64,000 nucleotides of DNA from Azolla caroliniana (taxonomy: Eukaryota > Plantae > Polypodiophyta), in assembly GCA_043228905.1 (NCBI GenBank), contig JBHGNT010000009.1:3968001-4032000 (forward strand). The letters are read 5' to 3'. Below are positions 25,330 to 38,418 of the stretch, one piece after another (position 1 is the first letter of the stretch; each line of letters opens with the position of its first letter). A program made the translations under genes and the position numbers. The notes under the pieces were generated by a model. The model was given only the letters and a program-made list of their open reading frames with translations. It was not told the origin of the DNA and did no database searches.

Positions 25330-26250
25330 AGCTCATGAGCATCTTTGGAGGCACATGGGGGATTTTGTGTACCAAGTGAATATAGTCTTGCAATTTCCAA
25401 ATCTATGAGAAGGTTAAGTTTTGTATGTATATCTATAATGAGATTTCAGAATTTTTGAATAGCCATGTTGGTTTTAAGCAAAGATGCCCACAAATGACCT
25501 ATCTAAAGGAAGAAGACATTGAAGAAGTTGTCATGGGGAATGTAGTTATTGTGGTTTTGTTGTACACAAATGATATGATGTTTTTTGTAAATACGTAAGA
25601 AGTTGCACAAAAGTTTGTAAGGACATTGGAAGAGTTTTGCATGAATACTAAGTTGATAAAGAATAGCTTGAAAACAAAGGTTATGTTTGTCACGAGCCAA
25701 AATAAGGGTAAACCAACCATACATTATGTATAACAATGAAAACACTTGAGACTATGGAAAGTTTTAAATACCTTGGCCTTGAAATTTCCTCAAATCATAC
25801 AAGGAATGAATGTGCTATATGTCACTTAGAGCTGGGAAAGTGAGCATATTCTTTTCTGAATTAAGGAGACCCCACACATCAATACATGTTATAGCCCATC
25901 ATGTTGTTTGCCTTCCAAACCATGACTTCAATATGACTTAGCTCACACTCACTATAATGTGATACATGGTGTTCGGGGACAAGTGATGTGATTAGTCGAT
26001 TGTGCACACTTTTCCCTAAGCAAGTTTAGGAGTTTGAGATAGCTCTGATCACATTTAGTTATGCTTTTCACAAATTGTTGACCAAACTTAATCCTTGCAT
26101 GAATTTATCTCACAGTTGCTATGTGCACTTTCAATTATGGCATTCATTAGTCAAGTTCTCGAACATTGATAATTGCTACTCACTTTCACATGTATTACAT
26201 AAAAAATGTTATATTTTTGGTCTCCTATTGGACCCTTAAGACTAACAAAA
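25330..26250 (+). mobile_element. Degenerate RTEX-like LINE remnant
   Basis: RT remnants (GFKQRCP, LLYTND, KTKVMF, FKYLG), an RLSSHSL-like motif, and a 3' end similar to 32480-32610. Confidence 0.6.
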
Positions 26251-26254
26251 TCTT

Positions 26255-28200
26255 TTTTTCTTTCTTTTTTTTCTTTTCGTAAATCAATGTTTGTTATTAG
26301 AAGATAATACAACCCTTGCTATCTTCACTACATCATGAATAATGATAATGCATGGGAAACCCTCTCACGTACTAGACGACATACCTCTATCTCCTCTTGG
26401 GACTACGTCCCCAAACAACATAGTTGCGAAAATTGTCACATCAACTTCCCTTTCATCCTACAGAGTTGTTGTGTTACCCCATGAAGTCCATCAAACACGA
26501 ACCCATTTCTCGTGGGCCAATTAAACCACATCCCCCAATACCTAAGGTAGTCAAACACGACCTTATATGATGGTGCATGCATGCCTTTATCGTCATCAAT
26601 AAAAACTTAGTTAAAAGGTTATAGAATATTGCTTGTTATCGATGCCCAAATTTGTGATATAACAACCCAAATGGATTTAGCAAGCAGACATGTAATGAAC
26701 CTATGTTTGGCATCTTCCTCAACCACCGTGCAAAAAAAATATGTCCCATTTGAAATATGTCTACGTTTTAAAGCCATCACCAAAGCCAACCCACCACAAT
26801 CACACGGCAAAGAAACACCTTAGCACGGAACTGAAGATGAGACTACCATACTGCATCCAAAACTCTACGCCACCACTTTGCATGTCGAGTAATGTACCAT
26901 GTGTCTACAACCTTAGTTGCTAACCAAGCTCTATCTTCAACCAACTTATGGTATACATCATTAGTGTTCACCACAAAAATTGATTGTTCAATACCAACGA
27001 CCAATCTTTCCATGGGTCTGCAACCAACAACTCTGGAAGCTGGAAAACTAATCTAGGCAATGCCAATATTGATTCCCCAATATACCCATATCCATGTGGT
27101 ATATGAAACTTATTTCTAATTGTCCGAAAGGCCATCATTTTCCTACATGACTCTAATATACCATCTTCCACCGTTACCAATCCTAGCCTGGCCATTTGAT
27201 TATCCTTGAAGATATCAAAACCTCCGCTGCCAAGGAATTAATATCTTTTCTACACTCAGGGGGGCTCCAATGAAATAATTTCAAGCATCGCTGCCAAGAA
27301 AGCATTAATTGTTGGACCATAATAGATTCTGAACATTTAAATGCATGGGTACTATTAACAACATGCCACCACGATGTTGTAATTCTGGTTTTCCCATGGT
27401 ATATACCAACCTTTTCCACAAAATAACGAATTATTTCTGCTGAAGGTTGGGTACCTATGCACATACCTTTCAACAGATTGAATTGTCGAGCCACCATATG
27501 ATCCTCCAAATTTAGTAATGCAACTCCCCCTAGCTGTTTTGGAGTATAGATATTGTTCCATGATACCCAACTCATACCTAGTCTTGAATCTTTCTTCCAC
27601 AATTGATCAAGTGAACGAGCTAATTGATCAAGTGATTTCTTTGTCCAAGGTAATAATGGTAAACATAGACGAGTACTAAGGGGCCATGCTTGAGACTTGC
27701 AATACATAAATTTGTCTAAAATGGTCCTCGATATCCAATTCAAACTTTGAGATGTTGAGATATCAACATCAATAGGGTAACCTAAGTGCCGACACACATT
27801 GCCTTGATCCAATATTTGGCCACACCATCCAAGATCAACCAAATCACTCTCAGTGCATCTAATGAGCATCGCCTTTCACATATTTATATTTAATCCTGAC
27901 GCCAATGCAAACACATTCCACACCTCCGTGGCTTTTGCTATATTATTAGGTACCGCTTTGAGAAATAAGAATGAATCATTGGCCAATGCCTGAGCTATCA
28001 ATTGTTTCCTTGATGGCAGAGCTAGTCCAACTATTTCCCCACATGTTGCCAACTCATGCATCTTCACCAAAATCGGGTGTGTAGCAATTGCAAATAACAG
28101 TGGACTCAATGGGCATCCTTGTCGAAGTGAGCTTGCCAATGGTAGTGCTTTAGTCACTCCACCATTTAACATAATGTGTGACACTGCACCATTTAACAAA
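26255..28200 (-). mobile_element. 5'-truncated, degenerate L1-like LINE
   Basis: RT domains LRQGCPLSPLLFAI, QALAND and CRHLGYP; P.QLGG motif; C-terminal zf-RVT (FFCTVVEEDAKHRFITC); A-rich tail at ~26255-26280. Confidence 0.8.
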
Positions 28201-28242
28201 ATCTCTCTCTCTCTCTCTCTCTCTCTCCCTCTCTCTCTCTCT

Positions 28243-29050
28243 CCATGAAAACACACAATTATATGAATAAATGTGTGTATTACAATTGAGTGTGGTCACC
28301 ACTCGAAGGGTAGTGGGGCCTGTTAAATCGCATAAAGGCAAGACAAACACTCCATTGAGGAAAGAATTTCCACTTGCTCCAGTAAAGAAAATTGTGAGAA
28401 TAATACTTCGGTTTTCATAAATATGCTTTGACTCCATGATATAATTAGAGCATTGCATATATCCTAATTATGAGGCAATCCCCAATATCTCATAAATAGG
28501 AAATCGATCTCCATCTTATATTTCAGGTTGACCTATGTGAATTGTGCAAACACCCACTATCTTGGCAGGAAATAGCAATGTGACAAAACTTGCCAAATAT
28601 GAGACATGTAACTCCAAATTAGACAAACAATCAGTGAGTGTATGAAGCAATGAGAGCTATCTTCCACTTGGGTCAACCTTAGATGATGGCCATTGAAGAG
28701 ATTAATTGGAGTAATGATATAAGAGACTAGTAGTCACTTATAAAAATAACGTTTGACTTCGTAAACACCAACCAACCCATTAGTTGGTCGAGGTAAAGAA
28801 ACTTGCAATGTAATATTTTATAGCTATTGGTGGGGATGCATAGTAATTGTCACATTTCAACAAACTTCAAAATTCGTTTAGATTGAGCATCCTCTACAAC
28901 TCCCACCTCTTTCACCCTGAGTAACAACATTAATTGAGAGCGAAATCTCTCCTTTTCATGCCAACATAATAACCGAGAAGACATGATTACTTCTTTTTGC
29001 AAAGAATTACAAAGAAATATCTCCTTTTTGCCAACATAATAACCGAGTCT
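28243..29050 (-). mobile_element. 3' fragments of a second L1-like family ending in (GA)n
   Basis: 28243-28620 and 28930-29050 are homologous to the L1 3' region at 54751-54980 and 59800-60600. The 3' terminus GTGTGTTTTCA abuts a (GA)n tract at 28202-28243. Confidence 0.7.
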
Positions 29051-29728
29051 AGATGATGGTGTCCATCTCTCGTCATGGGCTAGACACTTAAGGGCTCGGA
29101 GTTAAGAGCATGTCACTACCTACAGCTCATGCTTTGAATAATTAAATATAATACTTGAATTGAATAAAAAATATATTGATATATTATTTGGCAATTATAG
29201 TGGTTTTATATACTTTGTTAAAGAGAAAACATCTCAAGTTTGAAACTTGTACGATGGGGTTATTTTGAAATGGACAATTTCCTTGCTTTTGAGGTGATTT
29301 CACATTGTGTGGCATAGGCAACAAAACAATTGTTAAATTCCTCCCCTATCTATGGGTAGGACCTTCTTTGGTAGGTGCATTTATTGACTTCGAAGATAAA
29401 ACATTAAGTCTACAAGTGCATGCATCTTGCACAAGATAATTACATAACCACAATGAACAGAGATGCAATAATTTTTTTAATAGTTCATCAAGTGTTGTAA
29501 TTTGATATGGGATATATGCCATAGAATGACAATATATTGGATGTCATGACATATATCCAATGTTAAAACATACAATGTGTTTGTAAATTTTAGTAACTAA
29601 CGAAGGAGTTTTTTTGGGAAAAAAAACATACAATGTGTTAAATAAAAGAAACATTCTTTGAAAGTTTGATCAATTATCTACCACATTTTCTTTATCTACA
29701 TAATCAAGCCTTTCACACTATGAGTGAT

Positions 29729-30046
29729 TCTCCATTTTGAAAGGGTCCCAATTGTTGAAAATTACATATAAATAAATATATGATACCCTCTACTTTAACC
29801 ATAATTTAGTTTTTGGGGTTAGTAAAGTGAATCATGTCTAAGAAGTTAAAGCAAAGTACACAATCTAAAGTCCACCATAACTTTATCTCTCCATTTTGAA
29901 AGGGTCCCAATTGTTGAAAATTGCATATAAATAAATATACGATACCCTCTAATTTAACCATAATTTAGTTTTTGGGGTTAGTAAATTGAATCATGTCTAA
30001 GAAGTTAAAGCAAAGTACACATCTAAAGTCCACCATAACTTTATCT
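29729..30046. repeat. ~159-bp tandem duplication
   Basis: The unit TCTCCATTTTGAAAGGGTCCC...CCATAACTTTATC starts at 29729 and 29888. Confidence 0.9.
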
Positions 30047-32029
30047 TAAACCTACAATGAAATATTATGCATCTATTACGATAATGAAATGTAGGGAATT
30101 GTACAACTTAAAAGTGTTTAAAGCATGTGGTACTGCTCTTCATCGATCCTATGATCGCTTCATATCAAACTAAACTTTTTTGGTTGAATGGAAATAATTT
30201 AAAAAGAAGTTCTAGATTCATTGATGTCACTTGTCACTATTGATATCCAACTTGTGTCGATTGAATAAATTTTCTTTGCTTTGTTTTGCATGTAGTAAGG
30301 ATATTATGGTCATACAAGAAAATTGATTATAGTAAAGATCCTTTCTTGGTAGTTTCATTCTTCTATCAAACGATTATGTTACCTTAATTCTCGGAGCACC
30401 TCTGTTTGATATTATCTATTAAGATCTTGGAAAAAGATATTAATGTGAGTATGGAAACAAAAGTATTAAGGAATAAAATTTCAAACTCAAATCTATTGAT
30501 GTAGACAAACTTTTATGAGAGAAATAAAGAGAAAGTGTGGAATGGGAGAGGAATAATTTTTCTTAAAGTAGTACAAGAACTAGATTTATAATACTTGAAA
30601 TATGATGTAAGGCGTTGAAGGAATGTTTGTTTGCGATCAATGAGAATGTACAGATGATTGATGGTGACTAGTGGTGATGGTAGGGGTTAAATAATGTTGG
30701 CTCATGTAGTAATTGTTGGTGGATGGATGGTGATTGGTAGATTTAGATTATTTGTTTTGTTTGTGAACTTTGGTTGGTGACGATAATCAATTGTGATGCA
30801 AATTCAAATAAATTTACTCTCCATAGTTTATTTTTTAATAAAACAATAAACATGAATATTGATCGAAAACATCATTTTCAACAATAGCATTGACATTGAA
30901 CGTATGTGGCCCATTGTCAACTATAAAAAAGGGGAAAGGAAAAGAGTTAAGGGTTGAATGGAAACAAATGGTACCAATAATAACTTGCCAAAATTTTATA
31001 TGTACCTACACCAACAAAAGGACTTTGAGCGGTCAATAAAGTGATGTATCATGTGATTATATAGTGATATTCCTGAAAGATGAAGTCCATTCAACACCCT
31101 AAACCTCCTATGAAATGAGATGGTCCAACTAATGCATTCTTGTCGAAACATACCCAAAGGTAAAGCTTATTATCAACATTGTGGGGCAAAAATAAATATC
31201 ATGTGATTTAGATTATCATTCCATGTCTCTAGATCTTACATAGAGGGGATTAATCATGGATTATGTTTGTTTGCATGAACACAATTGTAGTACTATATTT
31301 GAACGTTGTGGATACCAAATATTAACCTCGATGATTCAAAGACAAAATACTTAAACTACTTCGAATACCTATTTGTAGAATACTTTAAAAACATGTTTTT
31401 TAGGAGAGATAATATACTTGTTAGATACTTAGAATACGTTAAATACGTGAAACATTTTGAAATGATAGTTCTGAAATGTAGAATGTGTTAAATATGTATA
31501 TTAGAGTATTTCAAACGTAAAATATGTGTTTTTTTTAACAATTATGATTTCAAGCAATAACATCCCAACCTAAACGTTGTCTATGTTTTGCACCCCCAAA
31601 ATTTGCCTCAAATAAGCAAGCATTAAGTGTTTGCCATAACCCCAATACCTCAAGAACTATTCGAAAATGCGTTGAAGTGAAACAATATGTGAAATGAAAC
31701 ATTGGAATGGGGGTTTTAAAACCGTAAATAGATCAAATAATAAAGTGATGCATGCTATATTTTAGTGACACTATGTAAACATTGCATCAATAATATCCCA
31801 CTTTCTTTAGGCATAAATGAATCCCCAATCATAATTCTCTAAATAAATCCCAAATCCATTGTTATAAACAAATTGCCACATAGCCATCCCATCTCTCTAT
31901 TTATTATTGAGAGAACCCAAGTTTGATCCTCGCCATGGGCTAAGCTCGTCTCATAGGTTGAAATCAAACTTTGACATTAAAAAGATATCACTTTTCACTA
32001 TTATTTGTTGTCTTTTCGTAAATACGATG

Positions 32030-32630
32030 CCCCAATGCTAAGCTAGTACAACGTACTTACAACAAGGGCCTACACACATTCCTCTTACAATCACAATATG
32101 TATTCTTGATTGTAATGTACACTAGGAAAATTCTTGAACACAAGAGTCATTATTCAATTCCATACATGCTATGTAAACATGTTTCACCTTTGGTTCCATA
32201 GGTCATATATTTATAAAAAAACAAATAAAGATTCACCTTGGTATTAATGGAAAGATGCCCAAAGACTACAACGAATTCATACAGTAAATTATAACCCTCA
32301 TACCCACATCAACCAACATGTCAAGTATCAAAAGCCCTCACACTTTGCCTTAAACAAGTTTGAGAGTCTTAGTATCACACTTTGATACAATGCTCTGCCT
32401 TTGATCATATTTGACCGTGCTTTCCACATATCTTCGACCCAACCCAATCCTTTCACGACTTTCTCTCACAACCACAATGTGCACTCTCGATTGCAACATT
32501 CATTGGTAAAGTTCTTGAACATTGAGAGTCACTACTCACTTTCACACGTATCATGTGAAATGTAATATTTTTGGTCTCATAGGTCATATTTGACCTCCGA
32601 AGACGATAACAGAATCTATCTATCTATCTA
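32030..32630 (+). mobile_element. RTEX-like LINE 3' end remnants
   Basis: Decayed C..C...E...H....C..F zinc-knuckle region, the CATAGGTCA 3'UTR motif at ~32197 and ~32578, and an (ATCT)n tail. Confidence 0.5.
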
Positions 32631-32632
32631 TT

Positions 32633-33041
32633 TCCAAAAGAGGTCAAGATCTCGAAATTGTTGTTGTTTCCGAATCAGGACATCACGCTCACCAATTATT
32701 GCCTCATATTAACCTCTGAGAGTATGTAGGAACATTAATCATATCTCCAAAAGAGGTTAAGATCTCTGCCCTTTTCCAAATTTCTCGAAATTGTTGTTGT
32801 TTCCGAATCACGACATCACGCTCACCAATTATTGCCTCATATTAACCTCTGAGAGTATGTAGGAACATTAATAATATCTCCTTGAATAGATAGAATCTAT
32901 CTCTCTCCAAAAGAGGTGAAGACCTTTGCCTTTTTCCAAATTTGTCAAAATTGTTGTTCTTTACAAATCACAACATCACACTCACCAATTATTGCCTCAT
33001 ATTAACCTTTGAGAGTATGTAGGAGCATTAACCATATCTCC
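32633..33041. repeat. Three imperfect tandem copies of a ~115-160 bp unit
   Basis: TCCAAAAGAGG...CACCAATTATTGCCTCATATTAACC...GAGAGTATGTAGG repeats at 32633, 32746 and 32906. Confidence 0.85.
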
Positions 33042-33139
33042 ATGACTAACTCAATCACATTGTGTTTGACTTTCTGAAATACATATTTACATCTAGCCTT
33101 CCACAATACCCAAACAACTAAACAAGATATCGTAGACCA

Positions 33140-33360
33140 TGTTGGGAAATTGGTCCCTTCGGATGGGAACTGGACGAGCCAAATCCCGTGTGAACCAGTA
33201 GTAGGGACATATTAGCAATTATGTTCGGATGTGCCTGTTGAGGCTATACTTGTAAATAGCCCGAAAGTTATATGAGTATAAATAACTAGGACAAAACTTA
33301 GTGTGTGTGTGTAAGTGAGTTCGGGTTAGCTGTAGTTAGTCATTTTTGTATAGAGATTGT

Positions 33361-33406
<46 letters not shown>

Positions 33407-36400
33407 CAAGAAGGTGTATTTGTTGCAACTGTTGATCAGTGAAGATATAGAGCTCAAGGTCGTTGCCTCTAAGTCTCTCATTTTGTATCCTACCTCTCTT
33501 CTCATAGTGATCTTGTTTGGAGTTTGTGAACTCCCGTCGTTTTGCCTCTCGAGGTTTTCCACGTTAACATACAATGTCGTCTCTTTCATGTGTAAGCCTA
33601 TCAATCTCTATTTTTCTATCTTGGTTCTTCCATTGTGTGTTTGGATCTCGGTTGTGGCCGAGAACGATTCTTATCAATATGGTATTAGAGCAAAGTTCTA
33701 AACTTCAAACAAAAACGAATGGAAATGGAAGATTCATTTAGAGGCATGTTCAAGCTCACCGGCTCCAACTACTCAGTGTGGAAGTCGAAGATGAGGGACA
33801 TGCTAGTGGTCAAAGATATCTGGCTCCTGGTACAGTTTGGAGACAAAAGACTAGACAAGATTGATGCATCAACATGGGAGGTGATGCACATGAAGACAAC
33901 GACGTACATTTGATGCTTCATCGACATGAGCCAATACAACAACTTCAATGAAGAGAACAAGGCTCATAAGCTCTAGGAGAAGATAAACATTATGCTGGAG
34001 AACAAGAATGATGTGAATCGAGTCTTAGTATTTCGAAAAATATGGCAGAACATATGAACGCCTTCTAGGGGCTGATAAACCAAACTACCTCGTTTGAAGT
34101 ACCACTAGTCGACGAGGACTAGCACTGTTGTTGCTCGGATCCCATCTGATAGATGGGAGATGCTGGTCGTCACACTGGACAATGCCGGACTGGAAGGGAA
34201 GCAGTTATCCCTAGCAAGAGTAAAATCAAGCTTGTTTGATGAGGAAGCTCATCGAAAGGACAAGGAGGCAATTTCCAACCCAAAGGCCCTAGTCACGAAA
34301 AGTGATACGCATAGAGGAAGAGTTTGAAACAGGAATCCCTGCAACCGAGAGAAGTTGGGGACAAGGTCGAAGTCAAGGGGGAGGCCCACATGCTTCTACT
34401 ATGGGAAGCCGGTGTCGTGAAGATTTTCGGCAATGGTGTAAAAATCACATAAAACTATAAAAGGATGGAGGTCTTGAAGAGCTTTTAGATGCACTTTACT
34501 ACATAAGAAACATATATCTAAGTGTCAACTTATGTGGGTATAAAGTTTTGCAAAAGAAAAAAGAAAAACTGTGAAATATCCCACATAGATAGGAAAGTTA
34601 AGGCCCTGGCTATATAAGCACATTGAGATCCCTTATTTTTTTCATTTGTGTTAAGAGCACTTTGGCCACTTTGTCTAGATGGATGAATGTGGCCAAATCC
34701 CCAAAATCGATTAACAATAAAATGGAACTGGCTAGTAATGAAACCGAAATCGGCCGGGAATCAATTCGGAATTGGTTGATAAACTGGAAACCAAACTGGA
34801 ACTGGCCGGTAAGCAATCTGGAACTGGTTGGAAAGCAAACTGGAACCGACCGGTAAGCAAACCGGAATCGGCTGGTTGGCGGTGGATCCGGTGACGGAGG
34901 CGTGAACTGGCGGCGGAGTTGGTGGCATCCGGCGAACTGGCGTCATCTGGCGACCAGATAGATATATAAATAAATAAATATATGTATACATATATATATA
35001 CACAAAGAGTGCAAGTGTGGATTTGAACCGTGCACCTCCAAGTTGAGAGTGTATAAGCTTACCACTAAGCCAAGACATTTTCATGAATTAATATTTTTAT
35101 CATTATAGTTTTACATGTAAATTCTCATACATGAGACCTTAAACGAGTGACGTGGTTATCATGCACCACATGTAATACATGAGTGCGAAATGGCAAACAT
35201 GCATTTTATGCATGTCTTGTACCCTCAAATGCATGAGGGCATCTATAAAAGAGGGGAGGAAAAAGATGGAAGGACTAATGTAAAATTTTTGGAAGCTTTG
35301 TACTTTAAATCAAAATTAATATTAAGAAGAAAATTCGTTATCCTTTTGATGATATACCTTGTTCTTGAAATCTAAAGTCAAGAGTTCTTAATCTCTCTCT
35401 CAATCTAAAATCAAGCGTTCTATCTTATCTCAATCTCTCTCTCTCTTTCAATCTATCTTAATTCCTTTCTCGCTAAAGCTTGTGCAAACTTTGAGTCCTT
35501 CCGGTCCGGAACCTTGGCGGTTTCGCCTCGCGATCCGCGCCTAGTGACGGATCTTCATGACAACGAGGCACTTCCAGAAGAATTGTCGACACTTCCGAAA
35601 GGAGAAGGGGGGAGCTGACAATGCCAACTCGAAGAAGTTCGACCGAAAGGGAACATCAACAATCGCGACAAGTGAAGAGGAACTATTGTTCATCACCAAG
35701 GAGACTGAGCTACATCTTGTCAGTGATGAAACGACGTGGGTGGTCGACTCCGGGGTGTCGTTCCATTTGACTCCCGACCTGAAATGCTTCTCATCATACA
35801 AATCTTGAGATCGTGGTTGTGTAAGAATGGGGAATGAAGGAGCATGCCGAATGGTCGGCATAGGAAATGTGTGGTTGACAACATCAACCGGGTGCAAGCT
35901 GTTGTTGAGGCAGGTGCGACACGTTTCGGAGGTCAGATTGAATCTGATATTAGCCGGTCAGCTAGATGATGAAGGCTACATGGGTAGCATCTAGAACGAC
36001 ACCATGAAGTTCTGTAGAGGAAGCCTGATCGTGGCCCGAGCTTGGAAGATCAACACTCTATACCTAATGCATGCCCGGATAATCTAGGAGGAAGTAAATG
36101 TGGCAACCGACACTGCTGGTGAGCTTTGGCACAAGAGGTTGTGTCACATGAGCCAAAAGGGGATGCAGAGACTCGCTGAAGATAACCTCATTCTAGAGGC
36201 GAAGAACGTGCAACTTGAGAAGTGCACCGATTGCTTGGCTAGCAAAAAGAACAGAACCTCTTTCCGATCGAGATCACCGATGAGACGGAAGGCACCACAA
36301 CCGGAAGTTGTGGGTTTCCACGCTGAAGACGAAGGACCAAGTACTGTCCGTCTTCAAGGAACTTCATGCTAGAGTCGAAAGGGAAATCGTCCGACAATTG

Positions 36401-37350
36401 AAAGCGGTTTGAGTTGACAATGGTGAAGAATAACGAGGACAATTCGAACAATACTGTCGGTCGAAGGGTATCTGACTTATCAAGTATACAGTGCTGAAGA
36501 CGCTATAACTCAATAGGCTGGCCGAGAGGAAGAATTGGACCATTATGGAAAGGGTCCAAAGTATGCTAGCACATGCTAAGGTATCCAAGATGTTTTGGGT
36601 TGAGGCGTTGATGACAACAATGTATGTGATTAACAGATCACCCTTGAACGGAGACGTTCCACAAAGCGTGTGGACCGGCAAAGACATGTCATACCGACAC
36701 CTGAAGGTGTTCAGCTATCTTAGATGTCATACGTGCACGTGGCTAAGGATGAAAGGAGAATATTAGATCCAAAATCTTGACCATGCATATCTCTCGGGTA
36801 TGGAGATGATGAATTCAACTACCGACTATGGGACATAGTCAACAAGAAGGTCATTCGAACCTAAGACATAGTCTTCATGGAGGAGAAGACTATTGTCGAT
36901 TGGGAGTTAGAGAAGAACGCATCCTCCTGAGCAGTCGGAAGCCGAAAACCGACTGAATAACATGGAGAGTCGGCCAAACTCGAGTCGACTGTCGAAGTCG
37001 GACCGAGAGTCGGGTAGATTGTCGAACATGGAACAAGGTAGTCGGCCGAAATAGTGCCGACTCGGACTCGTATGAGGAGCCGATTGTGCCGGCCGGGGAG
37101 AGAAGATATCCTCATAGAGAGAGAAGGCCCCCCTCCCCGCCACTGGAGATTGCCTGATGAAGAGCATGTATTGCTAACCGACGAAGGGAAGCTGGAGAGC
37201 TTGGAGGAAGCAAATGGGGACACCCACAACTGCCAGTGGTTAAGTGCCATGCAAGATGAGATGGATTCCCTGCATGAGAACCACACATACGGATTGACGG
37301 AGCTACTAAAGGGAAAGAGGGCGCTCTGAAACAAGTGGGTATACAAGTTG
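33140..37350 (+). mobile_element. Ty1/copia element A (degenerate): 5' LTR, gag, PR, IN and start of RT
   Basis: LTR 33140-33676 (TGTTGGG..TCA); PBS TGGTATTAGAGC (tRNA-iMet-like) at 33680; gag FKLTGSNYSVWK; WVVDSG; LWHKRLCHMS; integrase remnants. RT NKWVYKL is interrupted at 37350, and its continuation lies inverted at 52815-53118. Confidence 0.88.
34413..35562 (+). mobile_element. ~1.15-kb solo-LTR-like insertion in the copia A gag zinc knuckle
   Basis: Termini TGTCGTGAAGAT...ATCTTCATGACA (12-bp inverted repeat, 1 mismatch). It splits KPG|HF of the CCHC motif. TATAAAAG lies at ~35244, followed by a CT-rich U5-like tract. The TSD is not cleanly preserved. Confidence 0.75.
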
Positions 37351-37632
37351 TGTTGAGCGGTAAGCTCAATTGGAGCCGGATCGGTTGGATAAGCCTGAGC
37401 CGGTGAGCACCCGGTGAGCAAAGAGCTAGTGAGCTAGGGAGCCGGTCAGCCAGATCCATCAGTAACCAGAAGCCTAGTAGCAGCTAGACTACTAGGGAGT
37501 TATTACTCTCGTAGATAGTGTCAGGCGCTCAAGTGAGCATTGAAGTACACCGTACTTCTGTCAGTCCGTATGGACTTCGCTGAACACATACTATGTATAG
37601 AGCGTTGATATAATTTTTGAATAGAGATTCTT

Positions 37633-37666
<34 letters not shown>

Positions 37667-37784
37667 GTGTACTATTAAGCTCTCCATTAAACCTGTTCTC
37701 TGTTCTCTGTTTTCTGTTTTTATTGCTTCCGCACGCTATTTGTTTTTACATGGTATCAGAGCGCGAGGGTTGAGAACCTCTGCA

Positions 37785-38333
37785 TGTCATGAAGACATAC
37801 ATCTTGGCTTATCATGAAATTCATCTTGGCGAACCAGGAATCGAACCCATAACCTCTTGGTTTACATATTGTACTTTAACCATTGTAATAACATATGTGA
37901 GATGTAATCATAATAATTATATGTTTAGTTATTACGAGATATTTAGAACATTCTAGATTATTCTAGAATGTTCTTGAATATTTCATGATTATATTTATTA
38001 TTATTATTATTCATAAATATCTAAAATATTCTAGAACATTCTAGAATACTCCATAAGGGCCTATAAATAAGAGTCCATACACTCATCACAACTCATTCGG
38101 TTCAACACCAGTCTTTAGCCCTTAGCCTACTCCTTGTAATCTTCTTTCTCATAATATAATCGCATTCCCATTTCTTATCTCTCACTTATACTTTTCTCTC
38201 TCTCGCACTCTCTCCCTCTTTCACTCTCTTTCTATCACTATCGCTATTTCTACCGCTCTCGCCATCTCTATCGTTATCGTTATCTCTATCGCCATCGCTC
38301 TCTCTCTCTGCTTCCTACTCAAGAGTCACGACA
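37785..38333 (+). repeat. 5' LTR of the chromovirus
   Basis: TGTCATGAAGAC...GAGTCACGACA, with TATAAATA at 38062. Direct repeat of 43171-43719. Confidence 0.97.
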
Positions 38334-38418
38334 GTTTGAACCGAATATTTCTTTTCCCTTTCTCCAATAACTCTAGCAAGCTTTCTTCTTTATCCTTCTT
38401 TCTTTTTCCCCCGCGGTT

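Noticed and set aside
32633-33041. Repeat arrays here and at 8465, 29729 and in the DHS introns considered as CRISPR-like
   Set aside because: They are whole-unit tandem duplications or minisatellites without unique spacers, in a eukaryotic context with no cas genes.
37826-37892. Functional tRNA gene in the LTR
   Set aside because: The acceptor and anticodon stems do not pair and the T-stem is weak. Only the promoter boxes and their spacing are tRNA-like.
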